Below, piece after piece: positions 13,901 through 25,123 of a stretch of 64,000 nucleotides of DNA. A model generated the notes under the pieces. It was not told where the DNA came from. It made no database searches and was given only the letters and a program-made list of their open reading frames with translations. The position numbers and the translations under genes are program-made. The stretch comes from Eledone cirrhosa (Eukaryota): NCBI GenBank assembly GCA_964016885.1, contig OZ024740.1:173104001-173168000 (forward strand). Direction: 5' to 3'. How positions within the stretch are numbered: the stretch's first letter is position 1; each line of letters opens with the position of its first letter.

Positions 13901-14700
13901 TTATATGTCTACCATCCCACACCCGCAACCTTATTCCCCCATGTTCCCTCTGTCTACCCTAACCTACAACCCCACGCAAAATTCGATCCTATAAATCTAC
14001 TGTCGCACACACCGCCACCACTAGATACATCCACATACTTCAACAATCATTAACATCATTAACATCATCAACTCATATCATCCCTCACTCCCAGAACGAC
14101 TGTGTTACATCTGCCTTCTCCCTCTGCTTTACCCTGTAACCCACCGTAACATCTGATCAGGTAATCATATTGTTGAACATATCACCCCATCACCACCACC
14201 ACCACCATGACCACAACACTCATCGCTATACGTCCACAAACTTTTTTCCCCCGTGTTCCCTATGTCACCTTTTAACCTGTAACCCATCGTATTATTCGAT
14301 CCTGTATATTTTTGTCGCTCACAACTCCACCACCGCCACCACGAAGCACAACTCCATACCTCAACGTCCATTAACTTCGTCAACATCGCCAACACATACC
14401 TTCCCTCTCGAACCAACGCAAGTGTGTGTGTCTGTGTGTAAGTATTTTTACATATGTGTGCGTATATATATTCATATATATATATATATATATATATTCA
14501 TATATATATATATATGTATGTCTATGAGTATATGTATATCTATGTGTGCGTGTATGTGTGTATATCTATATGTGTATATGTGTGTGTATGTATGTGTGTA
14601 TGTATGTGTATGTCTATATGTACAACACCATCTCCATGGCTCTCATCCTCCTTCTATCTTTGTACTACGCCACCCCCACCGATACCTCCTCCCTCTCTCT
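10955..14700 (+). mobile_element. Near full-length decayed PLE (YRDD type, C-terminal GIY-YIG) with long 3' pseudo-LTR; partial inverted copy upstream (10880-10950 matches 14620-14690)
   Basis: ORF pieces 11049-13620: KDIPIP, DKTGNLY, KDHKPDF, FDITMGSTDSA, YKRDDA (degenerate YRDD), CNCKKRTECPLNGEC, IVYRC...YIG, CRLCLAE; several in-frame stops. Confidence 0.88.
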
Positions 14701-14707
14701 ATATATA

Positions 14708-15134
14708 TCCAGATGGTTGAACGTCTGAAAGTATATACTTTCCTTATGCATATTAACGGCTGAGCAGACTAATTTGCATATCGAGTATATATTTTCAGAC
14801 GTTCAACCATCTGGCAGGAAGGTATACGATGCTGACGATAGCTAATAAGCTTGAAACTAGTACACCGTTCCTGTGTCAGTGTTGAACAAAAAGGTGACGT
14901 GGTTGCCTAAACACTGCGGCGTAGTTCGGGATGTTTGTTTATTTACAAACAAACCGAGCATTATAATGAATGTTCGGTAAACCGATACGTGCATATATAT
15001 ATGTGTGCATGTATGTATATATATACATACTACTGTACGTCTGTATACATATATGTATGTACGTATACATACATACATACTTACATTTAAGTAACTGCCG
15101 TACTAAGAGTGAGAAATGAAATTTCGTTTCATTC
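14708..15134 (+). mobile_element. Dispersed copy of the 416-bp hammerhead repeat family, with a 5' micro-inversion
   Basis: 14786-15134 is homologous to the reverse complement of the 47.4-48.5 kb unit; 14708-14785 is the opposite orientation; HHR at 14826-14868. Confidence 0.8.
14826..14868 (+). ncRNA. Minimal type I hammerhead ribozyme
   Basis: ACGATG-CTGACGA-T-AGCT AATA AGCT-T-GAAAC TA GTA-CACCGT. Confidence 0.8.
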
Positions 15135-15163
15135 TATTCCATTTATATATATATATATATATA

Positions 15164-17671
15164 CTAGCAGAAGTACCCGGCGTTGCCCGGGTGTAAGTCG
15201 ACCTTTGGTCTGTTAGAATGTGTGAAAGTTACTTCCCGCGCATCACAGGTTCAAAACTTCGAACTTCAATGAAAAAAAATAGGTTAGTAGACACAGGTGT
15301 GTAATTTATTAATTGTAGTTACACAGTGTATCGTTGAAATTGTTCTCTGCACGACTGACGGAAGTCAAAATCGCTTGATATTGAATGTTCAGTTAATTTA
15401 AAGCAGGGTGAAAATGTCGATTACTTTCAGGATTTTTTATTTTTTACAATTTTTACGCTCACATGTGCAGAAGAAGAATTAAAAGGGCCTTTATCTTAAC
15501 CGCGGCATAATGGCGAGTCTTTTGTGACAGTTTTCAAGAATATAGGACGTTCCTGTAAAAAGTTTTCCCATGTGTAACTTTGCCTTGTTTTTTTGCGCAA
15601 AGTCGAGCCTCGCTTCAGTTTTATTGATTTTTTACATCAATGCGTGATCTTTGAAGTAGATTTGAGTAGTTAAAAACCTGTCCCGGTAAATTTGCTATAG
15701 GTGAAAAAAAGTTGATCAAAATTGTATCTAGGGTTATTGCCCTTTTCCACAGCCTCAAGCCTCGTCTGACGGGATGTTGGTGATTCCTCCGTCAGCGCTT
15801 GTTGGCGACGAAGGCGAACATCAGCAAGCCTTGTCGTACGTGATGTTGGTGACTCAACCAGCCGGGAAAGACGTCTATCAGCGAGTCGAGATTCGCGCTC
15901 AGCAGGTGTTTCCTAGAGAAAATTAATTAATTCTACTGGTTAGCTAAGCCAATGGCAGTGTCAATAGTAAATGAGAAAAGTCTAACATGAACAAAAGGGA
16001 ATCAAGGTAAGACAATAAATTTAATATAACTACGATTAGAATGTTGTAGTTGCTTAAAAGTGGTGACAGTTAGGATAAACGCAGTACTTGCTAACATTAA
16101 GGGAGAATATTGCATAAAGGATTAATCAATTGTGAATGAACTCATACCTGAGAACGCCTAATTCGTTGTCTCAAAGCAGTAGCTGTACCTTTTTTGGGGG
16201 TAAGTCTTGAACGTTTCCGTGTGGGCATAACGACGTGTAACGAAGCTGTTAGGTTAGAGAGAGGTGATTAAATACAGAGAGAGATGACACCAGATTCGTT
16301 AGCATGGTTACTGGTGAATGGGAAGGTTTGGAAATATGATTACAATAACTTACCGAATTTTCCGGTCTATAAATTGCACTTAAAATAATTAAATTTAATC
16401 AAAAAACAGCTCTGCGCTTTATACTCCGGTGAGCCTTATGTATAAATAATACAATGGTAATCAATCACGGCTCTAACAGAAGTAATAGATCTAGACTAAA
16501 AGTAAAGAAGATAGCATTTTCCTGGTTGGCCTGACACGCCGTTGCGCGGACCTGATTGTAAATGTTACGCCTTATATCCTGGTGAGCCTTATAGAGCGGA
16601 AAATATCTATTGGAAAAGAATACGAATTCATGACCAAGGTGTGACAAAATAGGCGTCTATACAGCGCCTGAAACAAACTTGTCCAAAACCCTAGGATTTT
16701 TCTCGTTAAGTATCCACCCAAAAGGAACCGTTTTTTAGTTACAAAAAATAACCAAAGTGTATAGTAGCTATATTTCTGACATATCATGCCAAAAAGAACA
16801 ATATATTCAAAAAATGTTCTAAAGTACATTCAATCTCTCTTTTTGACCGATATCTTAATAAGCAAGTTATCGATTTTTTATTGGCTGTCAGTGTCTATCT
16901 GCATGCAGGTGTGCACGTGTGCGCAATTAATTGCAAATACGCTCATAACATTTAGTCGTAAACAGAACAAAAAATGCCATTAGAGGTGGGCTAATAATGA
17001 AGACACAAACCCTGGTGAACTTACGTTTAAACACCCGAAAAGTTACTCACTTCCTGTGCAAAAGACTGTATTATAAATTAAGTAATTTTTTAGAATCTTT
17101 TGTTTGAAACATTGGTACGACGTAACATTTTTTACAACTTTGTATGTGTACAATACAACTTGGTCAACGTATTATTTAGTAATTTTTTTTTTCAAAAAGC
17201 ATGATTATTTAAGACTGTTTGAAAATTTACTCACAGCTTTTAGCATCACAAAAGACACCATTAAATTTGGTTCCCTTTTCAGATAGGGATAATACTGTAT
17301 TTCCACTTGAATAAGGTGGAATATGAAAAGATAAACTCTTTAATGATCGGTCGTTTGCTGAGACAGCTGGGAAGACATGCAGCTGGCCGTCCAATCAATA
17401 ACGCACGTCCTTATATGGGCATATGAAATTTATTTTTATTGCGCCAGATGTAAACTAAGAGTTCTTGTGTTCAAATTCACATAAAATTTAATTGGAATCC
17501 AAAAACATTGTCATAGGGCCCATTATCGATTTTTCGAAAATTTTAAGTAGCCTATTCCACTCTACGCGTTGAGTTTTATATATGTGTGAGGTTTCATGAA
17601 AATTGGATGAACGGTGTAGCATGCAAGTTCGGAACACCAAACAATGTCCAACTTCCCTTTATATATATAGA
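15164..17671 (-). mobile_element. Non-autonomous Helitron (~2.5 kb)
   Basis: Minus strand starts TC(TATATATATAAAG) and ends with hairpin CCCGGGCAACGCCGGG, 8 nt, then CTAG; inserted between A and T; no Rep/helicase ORF. Confidence 0.75.
16351..16609. mobile_element. Tc1/pogo-type MITE nested in the Helitron
   Basis: Imperfect TIRs TACCGAATTTTCCGGTCTATAA and TTATAGAGCGGAAAATATCTA; internal GGTGAGCCTTAT subrepeats. Confidence 0.6.
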
Positions 17672-17729
17672 TTTCGTTTCTGAATTTGTTTAGCAAGATT
17701 CTTTATCTGAAAACGTGTGTTGAAACCGA

Positions 17730-17956
17730 TATTGTTATACTTTGGGAGGGTCATGTTGCACACTTCAATTTATTATAATAAATTTATAAATTTAGGAATT
17801 TATAAATTTCCGGTTGGTTGGTTGGTTGGTTCAACAACCAGATGATTGTTCATATATGAAAATTCCTAAATTTATAAATTTATTATAATAAATTGAAGTG
17901 AAAGCAACTGGTGCGTGTGTTTCTTATTGGTAACATGACCCTCCTAAAGTATAACA

Positions 17957-17960
<4 letters not shown>
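17730..17960. repeat. Imperfect ~230-bp palindrome with central (GGTT)n, probably a folded-back PLE pseudo-LTR
   Basis: GTTATACTTTGGGAGGGTCATG...CATGACCCTCCTAAAGTATAAC and CACTTCAATTTATTATAATAAATTTATAAATTTAGGAATTT mirrored; related sequence at ~56705-56735. Confidence 0.65.
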
Positions 17961-18023
<63 letters not shown>

Positions 18024-18031
18024 ATACTGTC

Positions 18032-18062
<31 letters not shown>

Positions 18063-18065
<3 letters not shown>

Positions 18066-18308
18066 TGTCAGGTTCCAAATAATAGGGGGGATAAGCGGGG
18101 ATGTTGGACATTTCATTAAATTCTTATAAGAGGGCGGGGGTCAGTAATTGTAAATGTAAAATAAACTTATTAGATTCTCCAGTTACTGTATCGATATGAA
18201 TCACTTACAATAACATTTTGCCGGAGATAGATTAGCAAATTTTAAAAAGGCGGGGAGGGTGGCCGGTAGAATAAAGGGGGGGGGGGGCTGAAAAATCAAT
18301 GAGAGTAA
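18063..18308 (+). mobile_element. MITE copy (deleted), same family as 24294-24621
   Basis: Shared blocks GTTGGACATTT, TTATTAGATTCTCCAG and GCCGGAGATAGATTAGCAAA. Confidence 0.55.
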
Positions 18309-18424
18309 TTGATTGAGAGAGAAACATTCAGAGAGACAGTGTCGTGGTAGATATAAAGAGGGGTAGAGTTTAGTGTTAATTGATATAGAGAGTGAGGTGG
18401 AAGAGAGTACCGTGTAGTAGATAT

Positions 18425-21400
18425 ACATTTCTATTTATTTGCCACCAGGGCATCAAAGATTGGGACAAATACAAAGGGGGGAGTTTACATACATTTAAAA
18501 AGACGTGTAAAAAACATATAACAAATTAAATTTAACAATCGATGTCCTCAATAGGGAGGGGCGTTGACATGGGTCGCACACACCCCCGAAAAAATGTGCA
18601 ACCCTCCTCTTGAGGAGCACAAAGAGTGGGTGCTTCCTTCCTCTTCTCATTCTTCTCCTCTCTCACCTACAGGCTGATATAGAGAGAAGGCCCATTCACT
18701 CGGGCCATTCTCGCTACTTTCACCCACCTTTCATAAAACTTGCTGGGGTAGAGCACCTCTCTCTCCATGCTGATCCTTCTTCTAAAGTGGTACTTGAAAA
18801 AAAAGACCAGTTGTTGGCCGGAGAGAAAGGTGTCTGACCTCAGCCCTTTCAACCTTGTCCACCATACAACTTCTTTCGCCATAGCTATCACACAGAGGAA
18901 AACCGCCTCTCCTTCGTTTTTGAAAGGAGGTGGCGGTTTTATCGTGACAATGTTCTCGGTGGTCAACCGGATTGGTCCCACCCGCGACAGTAGTCGTTCC
19001 ACATAGCCCCACAGGTCAGCAACGCCCGGGCAGTGTACGACGGTTTCCTCGTCATGCACGCATCTCGGACAGATCTTCTTCGAGGGGTCCCTACCCGGAC
19101 GCCCGTGTCTGTAGAGCTTGTCCCGAACGGGTAGAGCTCCTCGGTAACATTGCCAAGCCAGGGACTTTTAGAAGTTGTCCATCGGTCCCGGGCCAAACGT
19201 CCTACCGAACAGACTGGCTAGCTCGTCTTCCTACATGCCCAGAGCCTCTCCGAGAGCGTCGTCGCACTTACTGCGCACCAGCCCTCTATAGAATGTTGAG
19301 GTTGAGTCTCCACTGATTGCCGGATCCGCTTGCCAGAGGGCCGTGAGCGCCTGGGCACATTCAATGTGCCAGTCGCCCACTTTTCTCGGTCTTTGCTTGA
19401 CCCAGGATTGCAGCTCGGTGAGTGAGACGAGTCTCGGAAAGGCTCGCCTCACAAACAGGGCCCACACCGGCTGACCGGTGAGGAATACCTGGAGGTGCCG
19501 TAGACTTAATGCGTGTCTACGCATCGTCAGCCACGGCATCCACAGCCCTCCGTTCGAAGAGTGTTGACAGCAGATGGATCTTATCACCAAAAAAGCCCGC
19601 TTCTTCCAAAGAAATCGGAAGAGCGCGCGCTCCATTTTGGCGAGTGTTTTCTCTGGGCAAGGCACGACGGTCAAGCGGTAGTAGATGACGGACGCTATAT
19701 AAGCGTTCGCCACCTCCGCTCGACCTTTCAGGGATAGTTTGCACTCGGCCCACTTCTGGGCGAGTGCAAACACCTTGCCCGTTACCTCGTCCCAGTTTTT
19801 CTCCACCTGGAGGTCCGGTCCCTCCGTCCAGCGTCCAACGATGCCGTCGGAGGGCATCGTTTTGCCCCTCCACGTCCCGAGTTGCAAACCGACGGACTTG
19901 TCCCGGTTCAGCTTGGCTCCTGTGAACCTTTCATATTCCTCCAGTAAGGTGCCGATCTGCCCGATTTCCGAGGCGCACGACACCATTACTGTCACGTCAT
20001 CGGCGTAGGCCGACACCGCTTTCCGCAATCCCGGTTCCAAGGGGATGCCCTGCAACAGCTCCAGCTTCCGTAGTAGTGGCTCGAGAGCCAGCACATACGG
20101 GAGGGAGGAGAGAGGGCATCCCTGTCGGATGGATCGCGTGATTTGGAACGGCTCCGAGAGGTAGTCGTTCACCTTGACCCTCGAGCAGGTGTTGCTGCTG
20201 TGCATTGCAGCAATCCAGCCCCTGAAAACGGGTCCGAAGCCTGCCGCCGCGAGCACCGCATCCAGGTACCGGTGGTCAACCCTATCGAACGCCTTAGATT
20301 GATCCAAGTTGATCAGGGCCCCACCAAAGCCGGGTTCGTTCCCTACCCTCTCTACGATGTATCGCATGAGGTGGAGGTTGTCGTGTATGGACCTGGACGG
20401 GATTGCGCATGTCTGCGCTTCTCCCACCAGGTTCCCGACGACAAGCGCCAACCTCTTCGCTAACACCTTGGCCAAAATCTTTAACTCTGTGTTTAGCAGA
20501 GTTATGGGCCTGAAGTTATCTATGTCATCCCCCTTGTTCTCGTCCTTCCTCACCAGCGTGACTACGCCCTTGGTCACAGAACTGGGAATTCTCCCGTTCT
20601 GTTGCTAGTTGCAGTAGACCGCCTCGAGGAGACCGGAGAACAATCCCGGCATCGCTACATAAAGTTCGTATGGTAGACCATCGAGACCCGGAGATTTGCG
20701 TTTGCCGCATTGGCTCAGCGCTTCCCCTATTTCAGCGGCTGAAATCGGCCTCTCGCAGGACTTCGCCTCCCCGTCCGAGAGCCGCGCCATACCATCTAGG
20801 TATGGACCGAAACCCATGCCCGCCGCCCCTCCCGAACAGTCGTGCAAAGCGCCGTTGAAAGGCCGCGCTCATCCGCTCAGGTTCAAGGATCACGCGTCCA
20901 TCCTGGTCCTTCAAAGCCCGAATCGTTGACTTGTTTCCACTTTTTGCCTCTGTCACTCGGGCCCAGCTAACAGCTTTGGCTCCCTCGTTACCCAGAGCAC
21001 GTATTTTACTCCTGACATCGCAGCCCTCGTGCTTCGTATCAAAGAACTGGTCTAGGGCCGTTCTTGACGCCAGCACGCCGGCCACGTTGCCACTCCTAAT
21101 CGCCTCTTCTACTCTATTTATTAATTCCCTTTCAGTTCTATTCCTATCTGATGCTAATTCCCGACTAAAACCTATCGATTCTATTCTAATTTCTCTCTTG
21201 AGAGAGCCCCACCACCTGCTGTTGACAATTGCCCCCGTCAAACGCTGCTTAACTAGTGTGCTAATCCGCTTACTGTAAGCTTTGTTTGTCGGTAAAGACA
21301 AGTTTAGCTTCCAGTAACCGGGTCCCTGTCTATGAGTTTTATCAAGGGTGACCACTCCGGTCACCAACTTGTGATCCGAATAGTCAACCATGAACATTCG

Positions 21401-24090
21401 TGGACAGCTTAATATGTCCCTATCCTTATTTCTAACTAGGAACCTGTCTAGATACCACCTAGATGTTCCGCTGCGATTAGTCCCGTCCACAGTGGCACAG
21501 TCGGAAAATCTAGTCGATATCTATCGGCCAGATCAAATCGGCCGATTAATCGTTTGAGGCTGTTACACCCCCCTCTATCGGGACATGCCCCTACATAGTC
21601 CCAACGTGCATCCAGGATACCATTCCAGTCCCCCACTAAAAGCAAGGAGCGAGACGTTCCCAGGAAATTCTCCAGGCGTCGGAAGAAGTGTGGTCGCGGT
21701 GTCCCAGATGGGGCATACGCTGCCACCAGCCTGAAAGCTCCACCTTCACCACTGCTGACGTCTAAAACTATCAGTCGACCCTCTGGATCCAGGTGTACTT
21801 TCTGTGTGGCAAGACCCAGGTATTTTCGCAGCAGAACGACAACCCCACCCCCACCCCTCGGCTGACAGAGAGATGCGTAGATCTCAAAGTCGTCAAAGAT
21901 GGGGGCCAGTTGGCGCTCGCTGCTGATCCTGGACTCGCAAATAACCATTACATCCACTCTGTGCGACCTGAGGTCATTTAAGAGTTTTCCCTGCTTCCAG
22001 GACATCCCCAAGCCGCGTGCATTCACACATCCAACTCTTATATTGGCCATGTTGGTGCTGAAGAGTTAAAAAGGAAGAGGAAAGGAAATTACTTACCTCT
22101 TCGTCTCCTGGGGACCAGGCTGCACAATTTCCATGGGGGTGTTGGAAAGGTTGTTTGGTGGGGTGGTGGTTTGTGGTGGGGTGAGGACATCAGTGTGTGG
22201 TGGGATTAGGGTGTTTGGTGGGGTGTGGGTGTCTGGTGTGGGGGTGGGGAAACATCTCAATAGGACTTGGTTAAGTGGTTTAGTGCAGTTGGTCCCCACA
22301 TGCATTGGATGGTTCTTTTTCAAAGTTACATAGGTTTCCGTTGGGACCCTAATCATCATTAGGTGCGGTTTGTTCGCTGCGTAGGTGAAAGTGATCCCTT
22401 CGGTTTCCACCGAAGGGTTATTTTCTATCGCTTTCATTAAAGTTTTATTGTTCTTGTTAATGTATGTATAGAGTTTTTGTTGTGTTGTGTTTGTTTTTGT
22501 TTGTTGTTCTTGTGCGTGTTTGCGTTTTGTAGTATGTGTTATGTTTTGGGGATGGGTGGGTTTTTTTGTTTGTGATGTTTGTTCTGTTTGTGCTGGTGGT
22601 TGTGTGTTTGTAGCATTTTTGTTAATGTGGTGACTTTTTTTTGCCTTTTCACCTGTTGAAAGGGTTCTCCCTCGTCGTCACTGGGTGACGTTGATACGGA
22701 GTCCTCTTCCGTGTTGTTGGGGAGGGGTATATTTTGGGGTTTTGTTGTGATTGCTTTTGTATTTGTTTTAGGTGGGGAGGGGTTGGGTGGAACAGTGTTT
22801 TGTGTTGTTATTTTTCCGTGTTGTTGTGGTTGTTGTTGTTGTTGTGGTGGTGGTGGTGGTGGTGGTTGTGTTGTTGTGTTCGGGGTTGGTAGAAGAGCCT
22901 TTTTTTTTACTCGTTAATTGAGGACAGGCAGCCCTCAGGTGACCCCTGCTTAAGCAGTGGTAATATGACGGCCGCCTTCCCTCCACTGAAATGTTTATAT
23001 AAGTTAGCCCGTCCAGAGGCACGCGTTGTGGGATATTCGCTATTCGTTCTGGGCTCATTTGCACCAGAACTTCTACGCTGGTCCCACCAAATACACCTCC
23101 GGAGGGCTTTCCTATTGAAATTATCTTGTCTTCATCAAAGTCAATGATTCCACATAGTATCCACCAAATATTTACATTTGGTGTGATACTCATTATTTTT
23201 ATTCTTTGTGTCCTTTTTCCCCTGTATGTGGGGAAAAAGGTGAAGCAGGGGGGACACAATGGGTGATACCGAGTACTTTTGTGCTGTTGACTGGTTGTTC
23301 ATTAGCACCGAAATGCTACCAAACAGTTTACCTTTTTGTATGAAGGTTAAGTCCTTCATTGCATCTTTTAGAACCAGCTTAATTTCATTTTGTGATAATT
23401 GAGCTGGTTTTCTTGTTTCGTTCGATATTGTCCTGAAAACCACAGCCTCTCTACGTAATTCCTGTGGAGAATTGATGCTAAAGGCACCGTTTTCGCCAAA
23501 ATTCACGAATTGTTTTGCGTCTTGTAATAGTTGTTTAGCATTTGTTATGTCCATTGGCGTGTATAGTTCGTTTTTTTTACAGTCTGTGCGAATGTTGTTT
23601 TGGTGTTGTCTTTTTTGTTGCTTCTGTTGTTGTCACTGTTGGTAATATTGTTCATGTTTTCCTTGGTGTTGCTATTGTTGCAGTTATGGTTGTAGTGTTA
23701 TTGTCATTGTTCTTGTTGTTGGTGCTGGTATTATTTACCGGGTTTGGTTTCGTGGTTTCAATATTTTCAACGTTTTTCGATAATGCGAGTGGGGAAGGCT
23801 GCAAGCTTTGTACTCCTACCTTCGCTCCACCACTTTTCTTAGTGGGCGTGGCACTCACGACAGTGTGCGAGGTGGAAATGACATCCATTGCTGATACCAA
23901 GTCTACACAGTTTTGAGATGAAAATGAAAATTTCGCCCCAGAAAGGGGCGAAAATTAGTTGACTCAACGTCTGACGGCCCAGGCAAGGGGTTAAACTAAA
24001 CAATGCTATTAAATTGAGCAATGAACTCACAGTTCTTTTTGACAATAATCCGTAAAAATCCGGAGCGAAGTAATTCACGCCTATATCAAG
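18425..24090 (-). mobile_element. Near full-length Tx1/L1-clade LINE (ORF1 with zinc knuckle; ORF2 APE-RT-Zn finger), frameshifted
   Basis: ORF2 22050 to ~18667: CVNARGL, GDWN, YSDHK, GPGYWKLN, SPGLDG, FRPITLLN..KILAK, LDQSKAFDRV, RQGCPLS, YADD; ORF1 ~23900-22093 with YYHCLSRGHLRAAC; 3' AATAAA. Confidence 0.9.
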
Positions 24091-24293
24091 TGGTAATTGA
24101 TATAGAGAGGGGGGTTGGGAGTTATAAGTGTAAATATTTATAGAGAGAGGTAGAATATGTTAGTGCTAGATATAGAGAGGGGAATAAGAGAAGCAGTGTC
24201 CTGGGAGATGTAGAGAAGGGGAAAGTTTGGTGGTACTTGAGAGGAACTAAAAGAGGGTTTTGTCTGATATACTTAGAGAGGAGTGTTTGGTGG

Positions 24294-24621
24294 TACTCTC
24301 GGGTCCCAATAATAGGTGGGGTTGGAACAAGCGAAGTGGAGTTGGACATTTGCTTACATTCTTATAAGTGTGTGTGTGAGGGGGGGGGGTAATTGTACGT
24401 TTGTAAATATGGGATTTATTGTAATGTTCTTTTTTTGTCATATATAGTGTGTTTTAATATAAAATAAAATTATTATTAGATTCTCCAGCTACTATGTCAA
24501 TAATATGAACCAATTTCGCCGGAGATAGATTAGCAAAATTTACTAAGCGAAGAAGGAGTGGGGGTAGGATCTGAAAAATTAATAAGCAGGAGGGAGGACA
24601 ATTATTCAAGACCTGAGAGTA
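24294..24621. mobile_element. MITE with TA flanks
   Basis: Imperfect TIRs TACTCTCGGGTCCCAATAAT and ATTATTCAAGACCTGAGAGTA. Confidence 0.6.
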
Positions 24622-24840
24622 CCTGAATTATTGACGGACGTCAGAATGAAAACACAGTATCGAAGTAGAGTTTAAATATTCATTTATTATGGCTACGTGA
24701 TGAGCCTTGTTATCTGGAGTTTCACCTGCGTACTCACAGGACTATCAGACAGGTTTCTGGATTATAAATGATAATAATATATGTCTGTAATCCAGAAACC
24801 TTTGGTAATGGATTACTTATATTTTGTGTTGTTCACTCTC

Positions 24841-24916
<76 letters not shown>

Positions 24917-24919
<3 letters not shown>

Positions 24920-25014
24920 GTTTCTACTTTAGGCTCAAGGCCAGCAATTATCCCAGTGTATTACTGGTACTTTATTTTATCGACCCCGTAAGGATGAAAG
25001 GCAAAGTTAACCTC
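24917..25014 (-). mobile_element. 3' half of a tRNA-derived SINE, cut off by the adjacent PLE inverted repeat
   Basis: Near-identical to the reverse complement of ~58009-58110. Confidence 0.75.
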
Positions 25015-25052
25015 ATAATATAAGATCAAAAGATGGTTAAAAGAGTTCCAAG

Positions 25053-25123
25053 TATTTTATTATGCGCATTTCAAAAACAAATATCATCATGGGATGATAT
25101 CTGCGTTCTCATCAGATAAAATA
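25053..25123 (-). ncRNA. Type I hammerhead ribozyme (inverted pseudo-LTR copy)
   Basis: Reverse complement of the 29637-29706 motif. Confidence 0.8.

Noticed and set aside
15121-17680. ATTTCGTTTC near both Helitron ends as a TSD
   Set aside because: The left copy is ~33 bp from the end and belongs to the 416-bp family unit; Helitrons make no TSD
17704-17740. CTGAAAA...GAAAC...GTT hammerhead-like motif
   Set aside because: G8 is missing and the stems are very weak; at best a decayed HHR
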